A DNA stretch of 64,000 nucleotides. Origin: Oopsacas minuta (taxonomy: Eukaryota > Animalia > Porifera). Of the stretch, positions 25,996 to 40,079 are shown piece after piece. The position numbers and the translations under genes were made by a program. The notes under the pieces were generated by a model, which saw only the letters and a list, made by a program, of their open reading frames with translations, was not told the origin of the DNA and did not search any database. The stretch spans positions 1-64,000 of the forward strand of contig JAKMXF010000342.1 of NCBI GenBank assembly GCA_024704765.1, read 5' to 3'. Numbering within the stretch: the first letter of the stretch is position 1; each line of letters starts with the position of its first letter.

Positions 25996-28262
25996 CAGGG
26001 CTTTTCAACTTGGGGGTCGCGAAAAGTTCAGATAATTTACATAACATCATTAAAATTTACCGATTAACAAGTCAAAAATTGTATAAATTTACAATTTTTA
26101 GCTGAATTTAAAATGCATTGTGCATGTACAATGGTTGTAATTACGTGTCTATGACATTGTTACTGAATTCTTTGACAATATTGGCATCTTATCCATTGGA
26201 ACTTGAGGTGGCTAGATTAAATTTCAACAATAGGAAACATTAGGAATCATTTACATACTGACTATGCATGGATATCTCACAAATTAAACCTATAAATAAT
26301 CCAAGGCATATTTTGTAGACGTATATCCCTTGACATTTCCCACATTATCTTCGCAAAATTTTCACAAAATCCAGCTTTCAAAACCACTGTTAAGATGGCT
26401 GGAAAAAGCAACATTAAAAAGCGAACTTACTCCGAAGACTATTTAAATTCGAATTTACCAGTACCAACAGTGGTGGTATTGTAAGGCCACAATATGTAAT
26501 TTGTTTCAAAGTATTGTCAGCTGAATCTATAAAAGCAATCCAGCTATAAAGAAATTTTGAAAAGAACATCCCAATTATAAGGATAAAGATATTACTTTCT
26601 TTCAAAAGGAGGACACAGTAAAGAGGACTAAGCTCGATGCTACTGGTGATGTTCACACTAGTTCAAAATCAGCTCTAGAAGCCTCTTATTTTCTCATTAC
26701 GGTTTGTAAAAAACAAAGAAACCTCATACAATTGGAAAAGAATTAATAGTTCCATGCCATAAACATTGTACAACTTATGATTGGTACTGATGGAGAGAGA
26801 AAACTTAATAATATATCTTTGTCCGAAAACACTCTGCAGCGTCGAATTATAGATCTTTCTGAGGATATTAAGAATTAGGTTATGGGAGAAATTAAAGAAC
26901 CCCCTCAGGATGGTATAGCTTACAATTGGATGAATCCACAGATGTTGCATCATGTGCTCAACTCTTTGTTTTCATCCGGTACTATAAATCGGAATTTATA
27001 GATGAACTTTTATTTCGTGAATAAATTGACCTGCAACCAAGTGGAATCAATAATTACAATAAAGTAAGGTCCTTTATCGAAAGTGAAAGCTATAAATATG
27101 AAAATCCATTATCAATTTGCACAGATGGTGCTCCAGCAATGCTTGGTTGTCGCTCTGGATTCATGAAACGCATAAAAGAATCTGCACCGTATGTTACAGG
27201 AAATCACTGTATGATAAATAGAGAAGCATTGACCTCAAAGACTTTGCCAGATGCATTGAAATGTGTTTTACAAGTTCCATCAAAATTGTAAACCACATTA
27301 AATCAAATGCTCTGAATACTCGGCTTTACCGAAACCAAGGTTTTGATATAGATGCAACACACATAACGCTTTTGTACCACAGAGAAGTTCGTTGGTTGTC
27401 AAAGGAAAATGTACTTAAGCGTCTTTTGATGTACATGTAGAAGTTAAAGAGTTTTTCCAGTTGCAAAATAAAGGAAACTGAGTAGCATTATTTAATGATA
27501 ATTCTTGGCTTCTGAACCACTCTTATCTCGCTGATATCTTCGCAAAGCTAAATATCCTCAACCTCTCATTACAGGGAAAAGAAAGCTACATAATGGATTT
27601 TGTGGAGAAGCAAACTGTTTTCTAGGGTCACAAATTTGATTGAAATCCATGATTATCGATTACCTGAAGAGTTGAGAGATGCAGTTATTCTACACCTCAA
27701 AGTCATGAAGGATGAATATATGCGAGACGTGAATTTTGTTCGAAACCCTTTTGTATAAAAGTGAAATATTGCATTACAGATGATCAGGATGATGTCCAAG
27801 AAAATTTATCAATTTTATCAATGACTCGGGAGCAAAGGCCATATTTTCAATGATGAGTGTTCCACAGTTTTGGTGTTCCATGTTACACACATATCCATTG
27901 GTATCACAAATCGCAATTAAGGCACTACTACCATTTCCTTCTACCTACTCAAGTGAAACAGGTTTCTCCAGTCTACTAACAATTAAAACGAAGAATCGAA
28001 ATAGATTGGATGTTGAACATGATATAAGATGCTGTCTTTCTAAAACTGAGCCAAGAAATTCCCAACTTGTTGAATGCAACAGTTTCAACATTCACATTAA
28101 GCATAGAAATGAAAAATTTCATTCATAATTATGTATGTATGATAATATATCATATTAAGTATAAGCTCTAATATTAAATTTTGTATCGTTATTACGGTGG
28201 GTCGTGATTATTTCCCACGTAAATAAGAGGGAGCGCAAGGTGCAAAAGGTTGAAAACCCCTG
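25996..28262 (+). mobile_element. Buster-type hAT transposon (ZBED5/SCAND3-like transposase), 2267 bp, decayed ORF
   Basis: TIRs CAGGGCTTTTCAAC / GTTGAAAACCCCTG; perfect 8-bp TSD CATTAAAT (25988-95, 28263-70) with TA at positions 4-5 as expected for Buster. Fragments QLDESTDVASCAQL, ICTDGAPAMLG.RSGF, HCMINREAL, EVRWLSK, LLPFPSTYSSETGFSSLLTIKTKNRNRLDVEHD. Confidence 0.95.
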
Positions 28263-29422
28263 CATTAAATGAATATCCAGGAATTTGAAATTGCTTACTA
28301 AGAAAGAATCCAACATGATTCTGTTATGCACATAACATCCGTTCTATTATTGATCCTAAGATCATTTTAAGTGATCTAGTATCCAAGTGGAAGAAACAGT
28401 AGTATAGGACATCTAACACTTCTGGAAAATATATTTAACCTTGGATAATTCCACTGCTAATTTATAGGGATCCTACATATAGTCCCAAGTAAGGGTACAA
28501 AACACAGTTATGATTACGATTACACTGATATAGAAACCTTCGATTACGATTAAGGTACGATTACAGAAAAATGTGCAATCATCATCAACCCCATACTGTT
28601 AGGCATGGAGCTCGAAATTGAATTAAAGGAGTTCTCTGATGTCTCTTCCACAGATTGACATGGCATCTGTATACCGAAGCAAGACCAAGTAACAGTACAT
28701 CAAGTGGAAGGCATCGTTAGCTTTACAGGCATCCATAGCGCTTTGTCGATATAAGGTATACCGATATGAACATTGCAATGCAACTTTGGAGGGTAATTCC
28801 TGTTCAAGACTGCCGGATCATTTAGATGATATATTACAGTTGCAGATAGCTCAAGTAAGTTCCTAAATGCATTGAAAACCTTGAAACAAGTAAAAGATAA
28901 TTGCCTAGGTAAGGTTAGAAAACAGAATGAAGAGCAAGTATACAAGCATTTAGAGAATCTTGGAATGATACAAACGTACCATGGTCGCTACAATCCCATA
29001 TTCTACCTGATCACTACGAAGAATATTTCAATAATTTTGAAAGTATACCTGATGCCGGTGCACCAATCAGTTCTGAACATAGTGGAGAAATACTTCATCC
29101 AGGAATAAATCAAGTATGAATCCTCGATTAAAGAGAGAAGGCGGTAATCCTGTATATCTTCAACATCTTGTAGATTGTATAGTCACCTACAATTTCAACT
29201 TGCAGTGAGATAAAGCTACCAGGTCAACAACAAATATAGAATTGAGTAATAATACAGGAGGAAAAAGTGATGAAGATAGAGATAAGGAGGAAAGATTAGC
29301 ACCTCATAATTGGGAAACTGACTCTGGAAGCATTGACTTAGATTAAATGTAGTGATTTCATAATTCATTTATGAAAAATTCTCGGGTTTTATGACGGTAT
29401 GTAATAATTAAAAATAAGCTAA

Positions 29423-29760
29423 GTTAATTAATACGTCTTTCAAGGACGTATTACGTATAATACGTATTCTATAAAACGTATGCTACGTTTAATTTACAAT
29501 TTTGGTGACGTAGCCTCTATTGGGCTGATTTCTGCAATAGATATTTTGCATCTAAACAGTAGTTCTCAAATAGTTAATGAGAAATCTCAGCATATTTAAC
29601 GAAATGATATAATAGTTGATAATAATATGACACATACAAGACTAACAGCATCAAAATTGATATTTTGAGGTTAACCTAGAAGCATCTTATGTTCAAATCG
29701 ATAACATGTAACGAATTATAATGATAATCCGTATCATACGTTATACTTGTATTATACAAC
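29423..29760. repeat. Dispersed repeat family A, copy 3
   Basis: Homologous to 5480-5778 and 9395-9701; ends GTTAATTAATACG / GTATTATACAAC. Confidence 0.75.
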
Positions 29761-30599
29761 TGAGAATATAAGGCACTTCTGGCAACCAAAGGGTATCAAA
29801 ATCCAAGTATGCGTAATATATTTATGGAGTTTGCTGTTCATTTCGGAAGGGCAAATTGTTTGCTAAACAAGAGCTTTACCAACATTATAACGCATTGAGG
29901 TTTCAAACAGTTATCTTGCCCAGAGGATTGACACTATTGACCTTATTTAACTTAAGGTATATTGACATGATCAGTATTGTAGTGCTCCAAACAAATAATA
30001 TTGTGGTAATTATAAATTCATGAATCCCAATACTGTGCCCTACCTCTAACACAGATATTCATGTAGTTACCCAGGTGCCAGTTATAGATAACACGTCGGC
30101 CCTGTTTACAGGAACTCTCAATGTGTTTTGAAGTCAAAGATTCAACCCAATACATACTCATCTGGAATTATCAACCGATTATGATCATACAAGAATTGAA
30201 ATGTTGAGCATTTCGTAATGTTGAATACAAGAAGTTAAGAAAGATCGATATACAAACACTCTGTAGTAGAATAGGTGTCAACACAGGATGCTATTAAATA
30301 CATATAAGAATAAACAAGGGATAATAAATTCATAAAAGGGCTCTATCCGCAGATTCGAGGTGAGTATTACCAAGTATATACCTTGTAGTAGAAACCAAAA
30401 GTAATGTGAGAAATACTATCGCCTGTCGCGAAGACAATTATCAAGCGATATGGGTTAGTAATTTGAAATATAGAACTACCTCAAATTAATTGCTAAATTA
30501 TATATGTTGTTTGTTACTTAGTCCACTACTTCGATTCATTTGGCATATAATAGTTAACGGTAGATTTTGGGCAGGAAATCAATTCATTTGGCTACGGTT

Positions 30600-31914
30600 G
30601 GTATTTTTGAGCTATCTGAGAATAGGTACATGAATTTCAGGATCTGTACCATCTCTGGGCGATAAATTGTAAACTATAATGCACATATTAGAATTGTAGT
30701 TTACTCTGAGTCTGAATAGTTAGTGCACAATATAATCCGGAAGTCACTGCTCAAAATATTAAATGCCGGTGGTACTATGTGCCACGAGAGATTTAGTTCC
30801 ACAAATAACTAGTATGCATCAGTTCGGATAAATCCTGAAATATTCATAGCTGGAAAATATCCCTATTTTGAGATTATTTCACTTTTTTATTCTGGTAAAA
30901 CGTGTCGGACGTGCTTTTTCCAAACTATATTTCTAATTACTCCAAATAAAAATCAAGTTTACAATTTTTCTATTGATTATTGTATTTACCATAATATGGC
31001 TCTAGAAAAGTGATTAAAAGAGTCTTTATGTTAATTATCATTCAAGACAGATGATAAAAGGTTATTTTTTACATTGTGTGAGATCTTGGAGTCCGCTGGT
31101 GGTTATCAAAATTTTTATCGGATTATATTGTGCAACATATGCATTCAAAATCAAAGATATAACTAGAGTATCTTTAGATATACTCTAGTTAATTACTTTG
31201 ATATATATTCCATATTAATAGGTACTGGTAGCATATTTAAAATATTGACGTTATCCAAAGATTCGCCATCGATATTGTAATACATATGATTTATTTTTGA
31301 AACTACAACTGATGCCTTATATCCAATCAATACTATATACTACGATTTATATAGATTATATCTTACTCATTGAAATGTTTATTCTCAATTTTTAATTATT
31401 GCATTCGCATACACGTCCAAATCGCGATTAACAATATATATATATATATATATTTATTTAGATAATAGATCACTAGGGTTTAGAGGCTCTACACTCTTCT
31501 CACTGGTATTTGAATAATATAAATTCTTTTATTCCTATTTTATGTTCTCTGTGTGCAAGGCATTATATTTTATGGTTGCCCTTAGCAAACTTCTTCGTCA
31601 TGTATATCGCTGTGAAAGTTTGGTGAAATCACTGTGGCTCCTTTCAACACATGCTTTGAAAAGAATCCCAGACCAGTTGGAGATTGTCTTCTAGTGTTAG
31701 CCAAATTTTAACAAATTCTTTGAAATTATTGAGCAGAAAATGCTTCATTGTTGTTGGTCTGCTGACATTCCCTACCAAGGATATAATCTGTATTATTTCT
31801 TTTTCCCGTTCATGCAGGGATAGTCCAACGTGAAGGCATACTTTACTCCGTTCTTCCATGATCCACGCATTTTTCGGATAGAGCTCTCCACATCATCTCT
31901 CAATTCTCTCCAAA
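30600..31914. repeat. Left arm of a large inverted duplication (high-identity part 31267-31914)
   Basis: 31267-31914 is the reverse complement of 35128-35769 at roughly 90 percent identity by eye; collinear but much weaker similarity continues outward to ~30600. Confidence 0.9.
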
Positions 31915-32072
31915 ATGTTGAATGAATTAACTAGGAAGCTGGCTGCTAAACTGGGATTAAAGGCTGAAGTGAGGGAATGTATTGAGTCCAAGGGAGCCAT
32001 CAATCCACTTTACGTACACTTGGGACTTCTGGGTTTGCCTCTAGAATTTCCCTTTCGAGGTCCAACTGTTAG

Positions 32073-33000
32073 TGCAGCAGATGCCGGATATAAGAACACC
32101 GATCATAAGAGCATGTTCTATAGAATTTAACCAGAAATAAGAACATTCTATAACTGTTAAAAGAACACTCTTAGAATAGTAGTAAATTGGTTCGTATTAC
32201 CGGTTTGTGTGCAGAATCGGTATAAATAATACAGCATATATGAGAACCGTTTTCTATAATGTTTCCTACATCCAAATTGTTTGAACGAAGTGTTCTCATA
32301 ACGAACATCCTCTATATGCTACATACCGGTTATAAGAACGATATGTCTAATTTCACACGATGTTCTTATTACCAGCACCCACTTTATTATCCAGCTATTG
32401 TATGGCTGTTTGTATTGTATTGAACAAGGAGTTCGCATGCAATTCTATCAATATGATTTCTCTCAGGCAATTTGTGCATGGGCTGCTGCAAGCGGAGTAG
32501 AAAATGTGGGATCTCGGAACTTTAGTATTGGTAACTTTCAACTCCATTATAATACATTACTTTTGTTGGAAAACCACTGTATAAAATTTGTAAATCCTCA
32601 AAATATAAGCAATGATGGTCCAAGATATGGTACCCTACAAGAGACTCTTTATCCGCATTGTAAGTGCAGTAAGGACTGGGAGGACGTGCATTACATCCTT
32701 TTGTCCCAGAAACCATGCTAATTGCCTAAAACAATATATTAAAGACAATAAATCATCAGAAATAGATTCATACCTAAATAAGTCATTGATTTACTATGTG
32801 ATGTGAAAAAGTATTTTGATTTATTTGATCAAGGGAAGGTAGCAGAGCAAAAATCCAGCGGACATTTAAACAAGTCGATGCGGCATATCTGCTACTATGA
32901 AATACTCTGAAAGGAGGACAAAGAATATGTGTCACTGCTCTTTCTTAGCATATTTTTATAGAAATGAGTGTAGTCGTATTGGAAAATAAATATTTACATT
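32073..33000 (+). mobile_element. Possible pogo/Tigger-like relic
   Basis: Starts with CAGCAGATGCCGGATATAAGAACACC and repeated ATAAGAAC motifs typical of Tigger-like ends. Fragment MVQDMVPYKRLF loosely resembles QPMDQG+I..+KR.Y. Right end not found. Confidence 0.35.
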
Positions 33001-33588
33001 CTAAATGTTACTTAACTCATTAGTCATGTAAATTTCTTCCAACTTTTGCGTAGAATTTTCAATAGGGTTATACCTATTGCCGTGATGTCCAACAATAGCA
33101 ACAGGAAAGCCCTGTGACATCAATTTATCGCTGGCTGTGCAATTCATAGACCCTGTCCTAACTCTTTAGAAAATTGGGAATGATCACCTTCCTTTAGGTC
33201 CAATTTCAGATGTTTTGGAGGGTGATAACTCTACCATAAACAAATGACAGAGATCACAGTTAACATTATCACAACCGATAGTGAGATATCTTTTACTACT
33301 GCCCAGGATACCTAGCTTTGGTGTCTAACAAGTTCCCTTACTATCTTCAAAGCTTTCGAGAAGACAAGAACAAGCAGTGTATATTTTTAGGATACCAGTT
33401 GAAAGGTTTACAGTCCTTCTATCGATAATATAAAGAGCAGTAATTTGCTTTAGGTGTTTCTTGGGAATACAGAAAACTCAAATATTAAGGGTTGTTCTTC
33501 TTAGCACAACTGTGACAGATATTATCAATGGCGTGTATTTGATTTTCCATGATTGACAAACTAGAAAGAATTCGACATTCAAGAAATA

Positions 33589-34944
33589 CTGGGTGGGCCA
33601 AAAAAACAGAACCCTAAGTGATTTTGGGTCACTCTACTTATGCCTTTTGTACTACTCAAATAATATATTAGGATGTGGTAGATACCTCTCTTAGGAGCTG
33701 TATTGGCAAGCAGTGGAGTACAGTGAAGCGGATATAATGTGTCAAGCTCTAATACAAGTTTTCATTCTTACAGTGCTGTACATACCAAATTTTATCAAGA
33801 TTTTAAGCAGCCAAAAGCACCCAGCAAATCCATTATCTTTGGATGGATCAAGAAATTTGAACAGGAAGGCAATGTTAAGAACCTCAGCTCTAAATTAGAT
33901 AGTCGTCTAAGCCACTCAGGGAGCAAGAAGACCCGCACGGATGAAGTTATCGAAGCCGTTCGTCAGTCGGTTCTTCACTCCCCAAAGAGGTCGGCAAGAA
34001 AGAAGTGTCAATTGGTTGGCTTATCACGACTACACTTCGCAGGGTTCTTCATGATGACTTAAGACTATATGTATACCACAGATACACCAGAAACTCGTAA
34101 ATGCCGACAAGGTGAAGAGATTTGAGATGGCTAAGTGGTTACTTGCTATGAGTGAGGCATCAAAGACCTTCTTGGACATCTGTGGACAACGGACGAAGCT
34201 CATTTTCATCTTGATGGGCAGGTGAATTCTAGAAACAACGTCTACTGGGGATCAGAACGACCAGTAGAAGTGACAGAAAAACCTCTACATTTTCAGAAGG
34301 TCACAGTTTGGGCTGCATTCTCAATGAAAGGAGTAGTTGGTCCACTGTTCTTCAAGGAGCACTAAAGACTGTGAGGATTAACATCGACCGTTACCTTAAG
34401 ATCCTGGAAGTACACTGCAAGGAGCTTGAAGAGAACTATAGAAGATACCTGCCAAAATTATGATTCCAACAGGATGAAGCAACCCCCATACCTCCAACAA
34501 AAGCCTGGATTGAATCAAGAATCACTTCGGAAGCCGAGTGACCAGTCGCAGGTGTGACCATGAGTGGGCACCCTACTCTCCGGATCTCAGTCCTCCAGAT
34601 TATTACCTCTGGCGGTTCTTGAAGGACAGGATATATGCTACAAAGCCAAAGACACTCGCAGAACTCAAGAAAAAGATCCAGGAGGAGATGAGAAGCATCT
34701 CAAGGACAACTTGCAAATCAATGATGCAGAACTATATTTTACGATTGGAAAATGCGCAAATCTAAATGGATGCCATCTCGAACATGTCCCATAGATCAAG
34801 AACCACTTGAGCTAGGATAGTATAAACTTGCATTTTGATTTAAATACTTGGAAATAGATATTATTTAAGTTTTAATTTTCTACCCTTGAAGAAGTAGAGA
34901 AATAACAAATTTAGTACGGGTTCTGTTTTTCTTTTACCCACCGG
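33589..34944 (+). mobile_element. Full-length decayed DD41D (rosa) transposon, 1356 bp
   Basis: TA-flanked imperfect TIRs CTGGGTGGGCCAAAAAAACAGAACCC / CCGGTGGGTAAAAGAAAAACAGAACCC. Fragments WTTDEAHFHLDGQVNSRN, KVTVWAAFS, FQQD, WAPYSPDLSPPDYYLW; 41 residues between the last two Asp after correcting one frameshift. Confidence 0.88.
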
Positions 34945-35127
34945 TATGATTATATCTATACTCAGTATATATTTTAATGTTAATTCAGCATAATGATAGC
35001 AACTGGACAGCCTTGAGAAATTTAGACACTTGGTATAGATATAACTCGATCATGACATACCAACAAGTTTGATATAATCTACATTAAATTAGCAGAAAAG
35101 AGTGTTTAGATAAGTATTTACATAGTA

Positions 35128-36400
35128 TTTAGCAGAGAATTGAAAGATGATGTGTAGAGTTCTATCAGAAAAATCCGTGATTCATGGAAGAACAGAGTAA
35201 AGTATGCCTTCACGTTGGACAATCCCTGCACGAACGGGAAAAAGAAATAATACAGAATATATCCTTGGTAGGGAATGTCAGCAGGCCAAGAACAATGAAG
35301 CATTTTCTGCTCAATAATTTCAAAGAATTTGTTAAAATTTGGCTAACACTAGAAGACAATCTCCAACTGGTCTGGGATTCTTTTCAAAGCATGTGTTGAA
35401 AGGAGCCACAGTGATTTCACCAAACTTTCACAGCGATATACATGACGAAGAAGTTTGCTAAGGGCAACCATAAAATATAATGCCTTGCACACAGAGAACA
35501 TAAAATAGGAATAAAAGAATTTATATTACTCAAATACCAGTGAGAAGAGTGTAGAGTCTCTAAACCCTAGTGATCTATTATCTAAATAAATATATATATA
35601 TTATTAATCGCGATTTGGACGTGTATGCGAATGCAATAATTAAAAATTGAGAATAAACATTTCAATGAGTAAGATATAATCTATATATATCGTAGTATAT
35701 AGCATTTGATTGGATATAAGCCATCAGTTGTGGTTTCAAGAATAAATCATATATATTACAATATCGATGATAATCTCTGAAAAGTCAATACTTTACATAC
35801 CCACAAGTATGTAAAATATGAGGTAAGTATCAAAGTATAGTCCTGGAAATATCTAGCTAAATTTGTGATATTGAATGCATACGTTACACAGAATCTTTCG
35901 ATAAAGTCATGGCCAGTACAAGAGAGCTCCAAAATCTAAAGAGACGTTTTACTATTAAATCATCTAAGTAGAATAAGAATTAACATGAAGACATAAATAC
36001 AATAGTTATCCTACAACAATATAATAGTAAATACAATAAGCAATAGAAAGTTACAAACCTAAATCATATTTGAGGAATTAGTTAAATGGAAATAAGAAAA
36101 AAGGATGTCGTAACATTTCGCCGAAATACAAAAGTCAAATTTTCTCGTGAAATAAAAAGATTTCAGCGGAGAAAATTTCAGGATAGATTCGCGCTAATGC
36201 ATACAAGTTATAAATGGAATGAAATCTGCCGTGGCATCTAGTTCCCCTGGTATTGAATATTCCCAGGAATGATGTTAAAGGGCTTGTCAACCTTGACTTG
36301 GAGTTCATAGTATTTTGAAACCTATTCAATTCGTATATAACGCATTTCTACTTGGTGGTCCTGTTATCATTGAGAATTTCTACAATTAGCTACCAGAAAG
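35128..36400. repeat. Right arm of the large inverted duplication (high-identity part 35128-35769)
   Basis: Reverse complement of the left arm. Both arms carry the same 71-aa ORF (MEE..SKVCLHVG...WDSFQSMC) and a (TA)n tract of different length. Confidence 0.9.
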
Positions 36401-38149
36401 TGCCACCTTTTGAAAGAATTAAATAGATTGAATGTATAAAATCATATTTCGTTCAGTTTAAACCAAAATTTATGTTGAATTCAATAGAAAAAATTCGGGA
36501 ATATTTTTACCATAGCAACGTGGCAATGTCATAGGAGTGTGGTAATATTATTACGATTAGTCCTAATCCTATCGTGAGACACCTTGTTCGATTTGATAGC
36601 ATCAAAATTTAGAAGAATTGAGACACATGGAAAAAACTATTTCCAAACTTTTTTTACAGGTTATCTTTATTACCCGGTATCAAACTTTTAGGCAAGCCCA
36701 AGTTGAACAGATAGATTTTCTATCCCTAATTGAATAATTAAATTGCGATAGTCTGCTAATTCGCCGATGCATCCCCTGGGTTAACCATTTCAAATTTCAT
36801 AGAATCAACTTTTACAACCAAGACTTCAATTGTGCGACCACAGCGGTCCCTTGACTTTCTTAATATTTCTTACAAACGTAAAATGATTAAACTATGTTAT
36901 CGTCTGCTTTTGTGAATAATATACAGCCATAAATGAATTCATTTATCGTGTGTAGGATTTCGTATGGCACTAATATTGATGCAAAAGACATTGATACTTT
37001 CAATTGTATATATTAGAGCCATCCTATGATAAATCCTGTAAGAAAACTCGTTTGCATGGCGATAAATGATGTTCTATACAATGGAACGTCAGATGATTAC
37101 ACCCAAGCGGATACATATGATAGTTTGAGATAATTAATCGACTTCCCACTATATAGAAAATGGTTTATCCCCATCAAATGAATTATTAATCTTTCCAGAC
37201 ATTTTAGCAAAGAATTCAGTGGTACCCGAGATCTATTTCATAAGATAAATGAATCAATTTAAAGCTGGTATTATAGTATAACTCAAACAGACGATAACAT
37301 CTTGTATACATTTATAATCTTTGAGAAGTATCAAGGAATTGAATGAACCGCGCAGGTGGCAATGGTAAAATCGTTTTGGAGATCATTTTAGAGAGTCGAT
37401 ATGTACAATACTATACTCAGCTATTCTAGCGGCGTAAAACGAAGGGTAAATCGATGGAGTTAAAAGGTTTGGGCATTCAAGATGGCAAGCTACTAGTTTA
37501 AGTGAAGAGGCGCCAGGACAGTGTGTGTAAGAATTTATGATATACTTTAGGATATGTACTAATTAAAGTAGTTCGACTGAAAATGAGTTTTTACTATAAC
37601 TAAGTGATATAAAATTGTTTGTTTGTAGGCTCTATTCTGAGAGAACTTGATAAACCTCAATTCTAAGAAATAACACGATGATAATACACCTGTGAATAAG
37701 ACCGCACTGAAAATTGGGTATATTTAAGAGAGTGTGGCGTCTATCCTAACAGATCTACAATATTTCCTCAACAACCTAAAGAAAAAACTTAAGGAAGCTC
37801 TTTTTCAAGCGATTATGGAGTTAGAGTCAGCGGGATGAAATGGAATAGAAAGCACACGGGAGATAAGTGTAGCCGAAAGCAGAAAATGCAACATATGTAT
37901 TTTCATGGAATTTTTGGTAAAATAACTCAACTTCTGGACAAAGAAAAGTTAGTAGCAAACTTAGAAAGTACGACTGACCAAATATATCTAGCACCCCCCG
38001 TTTGTATGTAACTGTAATAATTCGAATTATGAAACGGGACATCACAAATTAATTTCTGTGTAGTATACGCATGAGAAATCGAAATAGTATTCACTAGATC
38101 TCAAATATCTAATAATCTTAACTTTGAAGTAAATGGAAAATATATCAAA

Positions 38150-38750
38150 CATTTCAAAGCTGGTGGGCAGAAGAGTTGAAGAGCGTAATAAGACTTGGAA
38201 TATTACCCAGTACCGATTTGACAAGCAATACACCACTTACAAAACAGCAATATATAATTTCTCTATTCATTGTTAGATATTCTCACTCAATGAGGCATTT
38301 CTCGACGAAACTCGATGATACATATATTCGTATTCTAGAAGCATTTTCATATGTGATTCTATTTCATAAATTTTACCCATTGAAATATGTTAAACAAAGG
38401 TAGTTAAGGACAAATTATGATCTATAAATGATACATAACTTGAGAGATTCAAAAGGTAAATACATAAGTCAATCCATGGAATGTAGAACAGCGGCATATT
38501 TAGATGTCGAGAGGACATAAAGTGGAATATCTAGCAGTAAATAAGGACCCAAATTTCTGACTTGAGATTCAAGCTAAAATACACATTTAATGAGGATGTA
38601 TTTTTCAGTAAAGGGCAACTCAAAGGAATCCCTGCCCATGAAAGAACACAATCCAGGAATCTAGGGTGATAATTCACATCAAGTTCTCCTGCTGACGGCG
38701 TATCCATTTAACTTCTGACAATAATAACTAAACAATATAAAACAAAAAGA
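38150..38750 (+). pseudogene. LINE reverse transcriptase relic
   Basis: ILEAFSYVILFHKFYPLKY loosely matches LD+SKAFD.V.H.+L+.KL, and QSRNLG matches the C-terminal +NLG+ motif; heavily decayed. Confidence 0.45.
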
Positions 38751-39361
38751 AAAATTATACATCATATTCTGATTAAAAGAAGTTGGAATCACGTTAATAC
38801 GAACACGGTTAATAATACTTCTGGATAAAATAAAAAATATTTACGTCAAATCAGGTCTCAACAAGGTTATTCAATTGGCATTACTCTGGATATAAGAATC
38901 CATTTTGGTTCGTTAGTGTTTGCAATACCAATATTATATTGTAGCCATAGTATAGTAGAATATGTATGAGAAGTTTGTAATTGATAATAATCAATCAACT
39001 TGATATGAACTTGCTGGGATTTGACAGTCTCCTCCATATTCCCTATAGTAGCCCTAAACTATATAATTTTCTAAAATACTAAACAAATTAATTCTGATAT
39101 TTCAGTTTTCGTGGGATCATCAAAATGGAGACTGTCACAAAATATTAAACCGCTTTACAGGAGAGTAACTAAGATTTCCTAATTGGGGTTCTGTGCTTAT
39201 CCGGCATAGGAGTCACAAAGCATTTGGGCAACCGGGAATCTCCATCAGCCCAGGCCAAAGGTATACCACGAATTTACATGGAACTCTTGGTATACCCGGC
39301 AACATCTTGATGTTATCATCAATGTACATTTTAAGATATTTTGATAAGTAGGTCGGCATCG

Positions 39362-39540
39362 GAGTTATCGGATGTTGATACGTAAGTTAACATCCGATAA
39401 CTCGAATGCCTGTCAAATCGAATATACGTTATCTCGAACGAATATTCACATTACCCACTTGCTGTATAGTATTTATTGCATTGGCTACATCGAACATATT
39501 TTAAATTCACCTAAGGGTTCGAGTTATCAAATGATAACTG
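39362..39540. mobile_element. Tigger-like MITE ends forming a 15-bp hairpin
   Basis: AGTTAACATCCGATAACTCGAA at ~39385 pairs with TTCGAGTTATCAAATGATAACTG|TA ending 39540. GAGTTATCGGATGTT (39362-76) is the exact reverse complement of 39389-39403. Confidence 0.5.
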
Positions 39541-40079
39541 TATTATGTAACTTCCATAATACTGAAGGGATAATGCATCTTCAAGTCTGGAGTATAAGCT
39601 CTTCACAATTTATATGGTTCAGTCGAAACCCGTTATTTTTACTGGGTTTTGCATTACTTTTCGTCTTTCCTACAAATCTTTCATGGTAGAATTGTAAAAA
39701 ATGTGAGATCTACATATATTTTCCATCAGGATAGTCCTACCTTTGGTTTTTCAGTACTAAATTTTCCTGCAAAGAAATTCATTGCCCACACCTATAGTAT
39801 CCGCTTGTACCGAAGAGTTAGAATACAGGGTGTTAAACAATTATGTCGTAATTTAATTTATTTTTACATCTTAAATTAAGTACCCATTTAGACGATTTAA
39901 TCATCATAATCTGACTCAATATTCCTTTCGTATATGCATCATGAAGTCATAATTAGTATTCTAATTGATAATAGCTGATATTCTTACTAACGGATAATAT
40001 AAATTCCTAATATTCTTTAGTGTTTCCATGGTTACCGAATACACTATTGATGTCTGCAATCGTGCTATCGGTATGATTA

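Noticed and set aside
31644-31859. 71-aa ORF conserved in both arms of the inverted duplication as a functional small gene
   Set aside because: Differences between arms are mostly non-synonymous; conservation is explained by overall arm identity.
5830-35480. Alternative genetic code (TGA=Trp): several frames extend if TGA is read through (5830-6100, 7108-7520, duplicated arms), and two TGAs in the rosa element sit at Trp positions
   Set aside because: The intact 344-aa transposase and the RRM exon use the standard code with all Trp as TGG; TAA and TAG stops also interrupt these frames; TGG>TGA and CGA>TGA are common decay mutations.
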